The notes beneath the pieces are model-generated. The model made no database searches, was not told the DNA's origin, and saw only the letters and a list, made by a program, of their open reading frames with translations. A program made the position numbers and the translations under genes. Shown in pieces: positions 48,916 to 57,294 of a stretch of 64,000 nucleotides of DNA. The number at the start of each line of letters is the position of its first letter. The stretch's first letter is position 1. This DNA is from Candidatus Latescibacterota bacterium (GTDB lineage: Bacteria; Latescibacterota; UBA2968; GCA-2709665): positions 2,752,001 to 2,816,000 of the forward strand of contig OZ252100.1 of NCBI GenBank assembly GCA_965248435.1. Reading direction: 5' to 3'.

Positions 48916-50419
48916 ACAGGACTTCATCTTTACGGATTCGGAATGGACGTTCGAAAAGTTGGACCGTGCTACGGACGCCGTCGAGCAAATCGCTCAGGAA
49001 GAACTCCAGCTCGATTACTACCCGTATCGGCTCGAAATCATCTCCAGTGAACAGATGATGGATGCCTATACATCGGCGGGGATGCCGATCAATTACCATC
49101 ATTGGTCATTCGGGAAACAGTTCATCAGCCTCCAGGAGCACTATAAGAGAGGACGCATGGGCCTCGCGTACGAGATCGTCATCAACTCAAATCCGTGTAT
49201 CGCATACTTGATGGAAGAAAATACGATGACGATGCAGGCACTTGTGATCGCCCACGCGGCATTTGGTCACAATGCGTTTATGAAGAATAACTATCTGTTC
49301 AAACAGTGGACGCATGCCGATGCGATTGTGGACTACCTCGCTTTTGCCAGAAAATATATAGCCGAGTGCGAAGAGCGTTATGGTTTCGAAACGGTAGAGA
49401 AAGTACTCGATGCCTGTCACGCACTACGGCTGCAGGGCGTGGACCGATACACTCATCCACCCGAGCTTTCCGTTGAAGAAGAAGAAAAACGGCAGCGGGA
49501 GCGCAGCCTGCAACGCGAGAGGGACCTGAATGTGCTTTGGAGTACTCTTCCAAAGGGACCTGACGATGGAGAAAAGGAAGAAGAGGCCGGCCTTCTATGT
49601 GAATCACAGGAAAACATCTTGTATTTCATCGAGAAGAACGCTCCCGAGCTTCCGACGTGGAAACGTGAGATTATTCGCATTGTGCGTAAGGTCGCGCAGT
49701 ATTTCTACCCACAGCGACAGACGAAGGTGATCAACGAAGGATTTGCCTCCTTTACCCATTACTACATCATGGGCCGTCTTTCCGAAAAGGGGTTGATTAC
49801 CCCGGGCGCCACGAAAGAGTTCCTGCATTCTCATACCAACGTCGTAGTGCAACCCAATTTTGGAGAAATGAACCCGTATGCTCTCGGGTTCAATATGTTC
49901 ATGGATATCAAGCGCATCTGCGAGAACCCGACGGACGAAGACAGAAAGTGGTTCCCTGATATAGCGGGCGGTCCCTGGCTGGATACGGTTAAGTTTCTAG
50001 CCGAGTCGTTCAAGGACGAAAGTGCGATCCTGCAGTTTCTGTCTCCGAAATTGATTCGCGATTTCAGATTCTTTTCTCTACTGGACGATGAAGGTAGAGA
50101 TGAGCTCGAGGTTACCGCGATCCACAACGATGATGGCTATCGTCATATTCGCAAGGTCATTTCGACGCAGCACGACATAGGCCTTCAAGTGCCAAACATT
50201 GAGGTGTGCAGCGTGGACCGATACGGGGACCGCAAACTCACCCTTCGTCATAATGTGGTGAATCGACGACATTTAGAGTCATTTGATGCAAAAGAAGTGC
50301 TCCAGCACGTGGAAAGGCTCTGGGGGTTTCCTGTGGAGCTGGTTGTGGATTCCGAAGGTGAGACGGAGGTCGCGTGGCGTGTGTCCCAGGGAGAGTTGAT
50401 CTTTGATTCGGAGAAATGA
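48908..50419 (+). CDS. spoVR: SpoVR/YcgB family protein
   Basis: Motifs GMP.NY.HWSFGK, GLAYEIVINSNPC, QTKVINEG and NPYALGF. Confidence 0.95.
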   Translation: MPEQDFIFTDSEWTFEKLDRATDAVEQIAQEELQLDYYPYRLEIISSEQMMDAYTSAGMPINYHHWSFGKQFISLQEHYKRGRMGLAYEIVINSNPCIAYLMEENTMTMQALVIAHAAFGHNAFMKNNYLFKQWTHADAIVDYLAFARKYIAECEERYGFETVEKVLDACHALRLQGVDRYTHPPELSVEEEEKRQRERSLQRERDLNVLWSTLPKGPDDGEKEEEAGLLCESQENILYFIEKNAPELPTWKREIIRIVRKVAQYFYPQRQTKVINEGFASFTHYYIMGRLSEKGLITPGATKEFLHSHTNVVVQPNFGEMNPYALGFNMFMDIKRICENPTDEDRKWFPDIAGGPWLDTVKFLAESFKDESAILQFLSPKLIRDFRFFSLLDDEGRDELEVTAIHNDDGYRHIRKVISTQHDIGLQVPNIEVCSVDRYGDRKLTLRHNVVNRRHLESFDAKEVLQHVERLWGFPVELVVDSEGETEVAWRVSQGELIFDSEK

Positions 50420-50623
50420 CTAACGCCCAAATGCCTGAATGTGTGCGATACGTGGGACTGAAATTAAGAAACCAGAAACAGCATGGGTAGACCTTGCCGC
50501 GGAGGCTTTATCAGGGATGGAAACTGTCAAAGAGGTCCTTCCAGAAGGCCGTGCTGTTACCCCCCAGTTCAGATCCGGGACAAGTAAATTCTACTTGAGC
50601 GAGCCGGAGAATCGGACGAAACG

Positions 50624-51307
50624 ATGAACACTCACCCACTCTGGGGCGGGGTTGTGGCCGGATTCGGCGCGATCGGCGTCGCTGCCCTTTTCAACTTGGC
50701 AGCGGCGAATACGTCGGCCTCTCAGGGGATGGGGGACGCCCTTCGCTACGAAAAGGTGCTCCTGAAAATGGGGGATCGCTGCATCGTCAGCAATCTACTG
50801 CTCGACGAGCATGGTTTGGCCTTTCTCTATCGTGGACGGCGCGTAACCTTGGATGCCGCTCACGTGCAAACGTTTTTCGACCAACCGATGAAGTACTTTT
50901 CTAATCTTCAGCCTAGAGGCGCCCTATTTCAGGAAGATGCCATACGCAAGCCACCGAAGAGGATCGGCTGGTTTATCTTTGGTGTATGGATGACACTAGG
51001 ATTGACTGCGGGTGCATTCTGCACCCATCTGGCCTTGGGAAAGGGACTCTCCCCGGTTACCTGGTTTTTTGTCGGACTGACAACCAACCTGGTCGGTGTC
51101 CTACTGGCACTGAGACAATCTTCCAGGACACGGGTAGAGATGCGTCCACGCCTGGCCAAAATTACGAAGACCGTACCGCCGTTGATATGTTCAGCGTGCC
51201 GTGCGCAAAACCACCCGTCTGCGAGGCAGTGCACAGGCTGCGGCAGCAAGATGCAGCCTATCATGGAGTCTGAGGTGGAGCGTACGGGGCTGTATGAGTC
51301 AATGTAA
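50624..51307 (+). CDS. Membrane protein with YHS-like segment and C-terminal zinc ribbon
   Basis: N-terminal hydrophobic helix, 'YRGRRV....F...P.KYF', two TM segments, and CSAC-x10-CTGC. Confidence 0.7.
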   Translation: MNTHPLWGGVVAGFGAIGVAALFNLAAANTSASQGMGDALRYEKVLLKMGDRCIVSNLLLDEHGLAFLYRGRRVTLDAAHVQTFFDQPMKYFSNLQPRGALFQEDAIRKPPKRIGWFIFGVWMTLGLTAGAFCTHLALGKGLSPVTWFFVGLTTNLVGVLLALRQSSRTRVEMRPRLAKITKTVPPLICSACRAQNHPSARQCTGCGSKMQPIMESEVERTGLYESM

Positions 51308-51395
51308 AGCACTCTGTTATCAAAGCCCTCTCTATTTGTTCAGACTCTGAGGTGCAATGGACAGCTGCTTACTACGCAACTAGGGGTTTGTTGGG

Positions 51396-51752
51396 GTGAC
51401 CATAGATTCCATAACGCCAAAGTGGCGACGGCCGTGGCTCGGCGATCTTTTGGCCTCGGTCTTCGTCGGGTGTTCCCTATTGTGGGGATACGCCCACCTC
51501 CATTTCAGCTTTTGGCCGCCGATCGCAGTGGGTTATCTCGTTCCCGTTTTAGTCTATCGCTTCAGCACGACTTGGAACGTGTGTCCCCATTCGAATCGCA
51601 AGGCCGTGATCACTGCCCTTGTGATGGGCACGCTATTCGCCGTTGTGCACTACATCTCGCTTCCCCATTGGTCCAGCACCGCAACGGGATTTATTGCGCC
51701 GGCCATCGTCTCCTGGTCCGCTCGTTGGTCCACTCACACGAATTTGGGCTAG
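51396..51752 (+). CDS. Small 4-TM hypothetical membrane protein
   Basis: Hydrophobic 118-aa ORF with internal two-fold similarity (AHLHF..W / VHYISL..W). Confidence 0.55.
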   Translation: MTIDSITPKWRRPWLGDLLASVFVGCSLLWGYAHLHFSFWPPIAVGYLVPVLVYRFSTTWNVCPHSNRKAVITALVMGTLFAVVHYISLPHWSSTATGFIAPAIVSWSARWSTHTNLG

Positions 51753-51817
51753 TTGCCACTTTTTGCGGCTGTTCTGAATGACATAGAAGCGTGTTGGCGT
51801 TGCATGACCTCCCTTTT

Positions 51818-51833
51818 TGGCACGGCTATTGCA
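51818..51833 (+). promoter_or_regulatory. Sigma-54 promoter
   Basis: TGGCACGGCTATTGCA is a full consensus match, about 75 bp before the ORF at 51910. Confidence 0.88.
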
Positions 51834-51909
51834 AGTATAAGCCGGTGGAGGCCTTCTGAGATTCTTAGATGACAAAGACTTGAACCTGCAAGCAAAGAGG
51901 AGATAAACC

Positions 51910-52305
51910 ATGAAGCGCTTCCTTATTTCAATTCCAGTTGTTGCGCTTGCGGCGCTCTTCCTGACTGCGTGTAGTAACGGGGGAGGCGGCGTAATCGGGA
52001 GCGGTCCTGATGGGCAGCTTCAGACGTTTAGCACCACCGGCATTATTTCCAACGTCCCAGACGTGAGTGACCTGCCCCCCCAGGATGATCATTCTCCGAA
52101 CCTCGAAGGCGTGATCGTTCTCGCTTCCGCTGGATCTTTTGCCGTAACGGATGAGACCGATATCAGGGGCCTGAAGGGAGATCTGATTGGAATTGGAGAT
52201 CTCGAGGTCGGACAGAAGGTGGAGGTACAGTTCCACCGTCCCGGCGACGTCTCCCCAGGGACTGCTCAAAACACGGCATCGCGGATCCAGTTTGTGACGG
52301 ACTAA
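51910..52305 (+). CDS. Small lipoprotein, DUF5666-like OB-fold (paralog 1)
   Basis: Lipobox LTAC, 'FAVTDETDI....DLEVGQKVEV' and a GAGGAG RBS. Confidence 0.78.
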   Translation: MKRFLISIPVVALAALFLTACSNGGGGVIGSGPDGQLQTFSTTGIISNVPDVSDLPPQDDHSPNLEGVIVLASAGSFAVTDETDIRGLKGDLIGIGDLEVGQKVEVQFHRPGDVSPGTAQNTASRIQFVTD

Positions 52306-52332
52306 AGGATTCTGACGTATTCTGAATGGGTT

Positions 52333-52363
52333 AGCGGCAGGCTCGGAAGAGTGTGCCGCTTTT
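52333..52363 (+). terminator. Rho-independent terminator
   Basis: agcggca-ggctcggaagagtg-tgccgct-ttt. A near-identical copy lies at 54395. Confidence 0.75.
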
Positions 52364-52546
52364 CCTTATCTGGAACACGCAAGCAGCATCTTACTTGAGA
52401 AGCGCTTTTAACATTAACACGATATCGTTAGTGAATCGATATATGGTTAATGACGCGATGCGCGATACCTTGAGTGACCATTTGGGTGTGAATGCAAACG
52501 ATTGATACACAATGTGTTAAAAGACACCATCCACAGGCAATACGTC

Positions 52547-52562
52547 TGGCACACGTATTGCA
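52547..52562 (+). promoter_or_regulatory. Sigma-54 promoter
   Basis: TGGCACACGTATTGCA fits GG-N10-GC at about the same distance from the ATG as for paralog 1. Confidence 0.85.
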
Positions 52563-52639
52563 TTGTTTGAATAGGAAGGCCTTCTGAAAATTGGTGGTTT
52601 ACAAGAAGCCGAAATGTACAAACAAAGAGGAGATAGATC

Positions 52640-53056
52640 ATGAAACGCTATTTTTTTCCACTTCCAGTCGTCGCTCTGACGGGCCTCTTCATTGCAGGGT
52701 GTGGTGACTCGGGAGTTTCCGGCCTGACCGGGAGCGGTGCCGCTGGACAGGATGCGCAACTTACAACGAATTCAGTCACTGGGATTATTTCCAACGTCCC
52801 CACGGTGGACAATGTGAGTGACGTAGGACGCGGACACCTCGAGGGCGTGATCGTTCTCGATGATTCGCGATCTTTTGCAATAACGGACTTGACCGAGATC
52901 AGGGCCTTTGATGGAACCCTGATGCGTATTGAGGGACTCGAGGTTGGGCAGAATGTGGAGGTGCAGTTCGAAAGGGGTAATACCCGATTGAACGATGATG
53001 GCCCACTGCAGGTTGCTCAATCCACGGCAACAAATGTTCAGCTTGTTCAGGATTAA
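52640..53056 (+). CDS. Small lipoprotein, DUF5666-like (paralog 2)
   Basis: Lipobox IAGC. Shares TGIISNVP, LEGVIVL and LEVGQ.VEVQF with the 51910 ORF. Confidence 0.78.
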   Translation: MKRYFFPLPVVALTGLFIAGCGDSGVSGLTGSGAAGQDAQLTTNSVTGIISNVPTVDNVSDVGRGHLEGVIVLDDSRSFAITDLTEIRAFDGTLMRIEGLEVGQNVEVQFERGNTRLNDDGPLQVAQSTATNVQLVQD

Positions 53057-53123
53057 AGACATCGAGGCCGATGCCAGGAGACGCTGCCGGGAACGTGCAC
53101 CGGCCTCTTTCGGAGACTTTACA

Positions 53124-54356
53124 ATGAGCCATCTACGTCATTCAATGATTCCTCTAGCCCTGAGCTTTGGACTTTGGTCGTGTGGTGGGGCCGGAAGCGG
53201 CCCCACCACACCGATGTCCGCGCCGGGTGGCGGTGGCTCGGACGGTGGAGGAAGCGCAGGAACCGGAGGGACGCCGGGACAGGGGCCGATCTTCGACGGT
53301 GGAAACTCCGCGGGGATTCGAGCAGTGATGGGCGGGAGCTCCACGAACTTTCCCTTCGACGAGGTCGTTAGCGGCGGCATAGGGCGGGATGCCATCCCAG
53401 CCCTGACTGATCCCCGGTTTGTGAACCTGAATTCTGGGGAGGCGAGCTACCTTTTCGACAATGACCTCGTGCTCGGCGTTGTCGTCAACGGAGAGGCGAA
53501 GGCATACCCGCACAATATCGGCTGGTGGAACGAGATCGTGAACGACGTTGTGGGGGGGCAGCCCGTTGTAGTCTCATTCTGCCCGCTCACCGGAACAGGT
53601 CTAGTGTTCGACGGGAGAGGGGGCGACGGAAGGCGGATCACCTGCGGCGTTTCCGGACAGCTTTTCAACAATAACCTGATCATGTTTGACAGGCGCGACA
53701 ATGATACGCTCTATCCCCAGATGATCTTCAGAGGAATCACCGGTCAGCGTACCGGGCAAGACTTAAGCCTGATGCCGGTGATCGAGACGACGTGGGGCTA
53801 CTGGAAGGAACTGTATCCGAACACAACGGTCGTCAGCGATAATACGGGCACCCCAAGAGACTACAGAAGTTATCCCTACATCTTTGGGTCGGGAGACTAC
53901 CGATTCTCCGAATTCCCTCCCCTCTTTTCCACTTCCCCGAGACGAGATCAAAACCCGACGGCCCAGCTTTTTGACTTCAAGGATCTCACACTGGGAGTCC
54001 GGTTCGATGAGCTCGCAAAGGCCTATCCCTTTCAGTCCATGGGAGAAGAGGCCGTCATCAATGACATCGTAGACAACACACCTATCGTGGTGGTTTGGTA
54101 CGAGGCCGAACAGATGGCTATCCCATACTTCCGGGAGATGGAATCAGGATCCGGTCCGCTCACGTTCGAGAAGGTGGCCTCATCCGATTCTCGATTTCCT
54201 TTCTACATGAAAGACAATGAAACCGGGACCACCTGGAACCTGAAAGGCGAAGCCATAGAGGGAGCGCTGAAAGGCAACCGGTTACAGCAAGTCCCCGCAC
54301 ACAATGCCTTCTGGTTCGCCTGGGCCACATTCTGGCAAAATACAGAACTATTCTAG
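53124..54356 (+). CDS. DUF3179 family lipoprotein
   Basis: Lipobox LWSC, Gly-rich linker, and motifs RDAIPAL, AKAYP, EIVND, FCPLTG, GVSG and FWFAW. Confidence 0.9.
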   Translation: MSHLRHSMIPLALSFGLWSCGGAGSGPTTPMSAPGGGGSDGGGSAGTGGTPGQGPIFDGGNSAGIRAVMGGSSTNFPFDEVVSGGIGRDAIPALTDPRFVNLNSGEASYLFDNDLVLGVVVNGEAKAYPHNIGWWNEIVNDVVGGQPVVVSFCPLTGTGLVFDGRGGDGRRITCGVSGQLFNNNLIMFDRRDNDTLYPQMIFRGITGQRTGQDLSLMPVIETTWGYWKELYPNTTVVSDNTGTPRDYRSYPYIFGSGDYRFSEFPPLFSTSPRRDQNPTAQLFDFKDLTLGVRFDELAKAYPFQSMGEEAVINDIVDNTPIVVVWYEAEQMAIPYFREMESGSGPLTFEKVASSDSRFPFYMKDNETGTTWNLKGEAIEGALKGNRLQQVPAHNAFWFAWATFWQNTELF

Positions 54357-54394
54357 TCGTCCTCAGTTGTATCACTAAATCGATCAAGCAATGG

Positions 54395-54427
54395 AAGCGG
54401 CCTGCTCGGAAGAGTGTGCCGCTTTTT
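54395..54427 (+). terminator. Rho-independent terminator
   Basis: aagcggc...gccgcttttt. Confidence 0.75.
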
Positions 54428-54562
54428 CGTACCTGGTGGATCGAGATTTCGGCGTTTCGAAAGCAATTTTTTCGGTATTTGGTTTGATAATCTCCTTCTA
54501 AATCATATTATTGATGGTGTGCTTAACATACAGCCGGGATCTCAAAATCATGGGGCTGAAAT

Positions 54563-54670
54563 ATGAAAAACCAGCACCTAACAAAAGACAAGCTTATTGA
54601 TGAATTAACACAGCTGCGCCGACGCGTCGCCGAATTAGAACACTGGAAGCTGAACATAAGCAAGTAGAGG
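54563..54670 (+). pseudogene. Remnant of a PAS-sensor N-terminal coiled-coil leader
   Basis: MKNQHLTKDKLIDELTQLRRRVAELE continues after a frameshift as LEAEHKQVE. It resembles the N-termini at 35132 and 59751. Confidence 0.6.
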
Positions 54671-54781
54671 CTTCGTGGGTGGCATCCAAGAGTTCGACTA
54701 CAACGGCCGCCCGGCCGTGAGCGCCCATCTGGGACCGAACGGGATAGGGCTACGAGCCAATCGTTTCACGAGGAGGGAACC

Positions 54782-55144
54782 ATGAGAATTAAAGAGGATA
54801 TCCGGGGCAACGTAGCCATTTTGACCGTGAGTGGATCCCTGATGAGCGGGCCGGAGGTGGCACCGTTTCATGACCATGTCAAGAGGCTGGCGAAGGATGG
54901 TATCACCTGGGTAGTGATCGATTTTTCGAAGGTGAAGTGGTTCGGGAGTTCAATGCTAGGGGTGCTGACAGCCAGCCTGACGACCCTTCTGAATGAGGGG
55001 GGTGATCTGCGGTTGACCGGGATTACCAAGAAGATCGACAGCATCCTGATGGTGACGCGGCTTGCCGGGATCTTCCGGACGTTCGATACGGTAGACCGGG
55101 CTTTGGCCAGCTTCGAGACGCAACCTCCAGAGGCTCGCCCATAA
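54782..55144 (+). CDS. STAS-domain anti-sigma factor antagonist
   Basis: VVIDFSKVKWFGSSMLGVL...GGDLRL...VTRL, with a strong RBS. Confidence 0.9.
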   Translation: MRIKEDIRGNVAILTVSGSLMSGPEVAPFHDHVKRLAKDGITWVVIDFSKVKWFGSSMLGVLTASLTTLLNEGGDLRLTGITKKIDSILMVTRLAGIFRTFDTVDRALASFETQPPEARP

Positions 55145-55237
55145 TCAGAAAACACGAAGCGGTCCAATCGTCCGACGTGACTGGGACACTGGGTGCCTGG
55201 GCAGGCCCTCGAACCGACGGACCAAAGAGATGAGAGT

Positions 55238-56311
55238 ATGTGGAAACCGGTTCTGATCGTTGTAGCGACGGCCTTCCTGAGCCCTGGACTCGCTCACGGA
55301 GAGCCCCCTCCGCTGACACCTGGAGAGCGGGCAGGTCAGATCGACGACCTGAACCGACGGGCCTTCCAGGCCTTTCGAAACCGGAACTTTGTCGCAGCCG
55401 AGGCCTCGGCCCAACAGGCGTGGGATCTTTCTCGGGCTAAAGCCAGTATCGGCGCGGGTCTTGCTGCCACCAGCGTTGCAGCGGTTCTGACGATGCACGG
55501 CCGCTTCGAGGAGGCGCTGGACTTGCAGGAACTGGCAGAGCCCATCTTCGTACGGTCGGGGGATAGATCGCTACAGGGTCGCCTGGATGTTGCCCGGGCC
55601 GTGACCAACTTCCTCCTCGCCCAAAAGTATTCTGCAGCCGATGCGGAAGAATCCCTGGCCGGTCTTGAAAAGGCGGGGGAGCTGCTCGGTGCAGACGACA
55701 TGAGGATGTCCTATGTAAAGGCAGAAATCCTGGGCCGTTCCAACGACCCAAGCCGGCTGCAGGCTGGGTACTTGAAGCATATGAGGAAATGCGAGCAAAT
55801 GCGTGACAGTGCCGGTGTGGCGCTCTGTAAGATGGGCCTGGGCCGGATAGAAGGGGGATCGGGCGGATATCGGTCGGCCCTGAAATATTATACTGAGGCC
55901 CTGAGGGTTCTGCGCGCGACGAGGGACTCAATCGGTATCGGCCTGGCGCTTCACAACATCGGTCTGGCGAACCGGAAGCTGCAGCACTACCCGGAATCGG
56001 AGGCCTCCTTCCAGGAGGCACTTGCCCTGGCAAGTGCTCGGGGAGACCAGAGGATGACCGCGGAAATTCTCAACGCGATGATCGTGCTCTACATGAACAT
56101 GGGGGACGAGGTCCAGGCCCGAGACTGCAACCGGGAGGCGGAGGAGGTGTTGCAGGCCATTGCCGAGGATCTGAGGCAAGGGCGGCTAACGGATACAGTG
56201 CTGTTTGATTTTTTCGGGCTTCTCCAGATGCGGTATGCGAATCTACCGCCTTGCAATACAGACCTGTTTGTGGGGTTTTACGATCAGCTCGTGCTGGAAC
56301 CCCCGCAGTGA
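55238..56311 (+). CDS. Secreted TPR-repeat protein
   Basis: Signal peptide MWKPVLIVVATAFLSPGLAHG and TPR_12-type repeats (ALHNIG...A...FQEAL). Confidence 0.8.
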   Translation: MWKPVLIVVATAFLSPGLAHGEPPPLTPGERAGQIDDLNRRAFQAFRNRNFVAAEASAQQAWDLSRAKASIGAGLAATSVAAVLTMHGRFEEALDLQELAEPIFVRSGDRSLQGRLDVARAVTNFLLAQKYSAADAEESLAGLEKAGELLGADDMRMSYVKAEILGRSNDPSRLQAGYLKHMRKCEQMRDSAGVALCKMGLGRIEGGSGGYRSALKYYTEALRVLRATRDSIGIGLALHNIGLANRKLQHYPESEASFQEALALASARGDQRMTAEILNAMIVLYMNMGDEVQARDCNREAEEVLQAIAEDLRQGRLTDTVLFDFFGLLQMRYANLPPCNTDLFVGFYDQLVLEPPQ

Positions 56312-56323
56312 GGAGGTGAGGAG

Positions 56324-57133
56324 ATGCTTCTGTCGATTCCGGTCTTATGCGTCGTGCTCTCGGCCGCCGGCCCGGCGGCTGCACAGGTCGATGCCAACAC
56401 GATGTCCCGGAGGGCCAAGGAGGCGTTCTTGAAGCGAGCCCCGGTGGTTTCTATCAAGGAAGTCGGGCAAGGAGTAACGAAGCCGATGAAGGTGGTGCTG
56501 GACGATGGGAAGACCCGGATGAAGGCGATTTTCAAGGCTGTGGATTTGCGCATGAAAGGGCCGACAGAATTCGGGACGGAGACGGTGGAGGAGTACACCG
56601 ACAGCTATAAGTATGAAATTGCGGCCTATGAATTGGATAAGTTGATCGGCCTGGACATGCTGCCTGTGACTGTCGAACGAAAAATCGAAGGAAGGCGGGG
56701 TTCCCTAATGGAGTGGATCGAAGACGTGATGCCTCAATACGGCCACGGAACTCCCCCGCCTGATATGTCCAAAGTCAGAGACCAGGTCCAGACTTTCTGG
56801 CTCTTCGACTATCTGATTTACAACGTGGATCGGCACACGCAAAACGTGATCATCCGCTCGGGCTGGGTTCCGGCCCTGATCGACCATTCGATGACCTTTA
56901 CCACCTTTGAACGACCGTTTCGCCCGCTCTACCGGTTCCCTCGAGAAGTGATCAACCGACTCCGGGCGCTGGATAAGCGGACGCTAAAGAAGGCACTGGG
57001 ACGATATGTCAAACGCCATCAGCTCGAGGCCTTGATGCGGCGTCAGGAGATCATCTTGGAGATGGTGGACCGAGAGGTTGCCGAACGGGGAGAGGCAGAT
57101 GTATTCTTCTCGCTTGAAAACATTGGCAAGTAG
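56324..57133 (+). CDS. Secreted atypical protein kinase, FAM20C/PI4K-II-like fold
   Basis: Signal peptide ending AAA, then GQGVTKP, AIFK, YEIAAYELDK, DYLIYNVDRH and LIDHS. Confidence 0.78.
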   Translation: MLLSIPVLCVVLSAAGPAAAQVDANTMSRRAKEAFLKRAPVVSIKEVGQGVTKPMKVVLDDGKTRMKAIFKAVDLRMKGPTEFGTETVEEYTDSYKYEIAAYELDKLIGLDMLPVTVERKIEGRRGSLMEWIEDVMPQYGHGTPPPDMSKVRDQVQTFWLFDYLIYNVDRHTQNVIIRSGWVPALIDHSMTFTTFERPFRPLYRFPREVINRLRALDKRTLKKALGRYVKRHQLEALMRRQEIILEMVDREVAERGEADVFFSLENIGK

Positions 57134-57170
57134 AATCTTCTCTACTCCAACTCTTCAGCTCCCCGATTCT

Positions 57171-57262
57171 GGAGTAATGCAGTACTGGAGTGCTGGAGTA
57201 TTGGGAAAACCAGTATCTTGGCCTTGGGTTTCCATACTCCAATACTCCAGCACTCCAGCACT
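57171..57262. repeat. Inverted octamer arrays
   Basis: ggagtaat gcagtact ggagtgct ggagtatt faces ccatact ccaatact ccagcact ccagcact. Confidence 0.8.
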
Positions 57263-57294
57263 CGCGTCCTTCCCCCATTAATTTTGACTAAATC

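Noticed and set aside
50439-50627. 62-aa ORF between spoVR and the zinc-ribbon gene
   Set aside because: It has no convincing RBS or motif, so I cannot support it as a gene.
53575-53600. Selenocysteine in DUF3179
   Set aside because: The conserved position is TGC (Cys) and there is no in-frame TGA.
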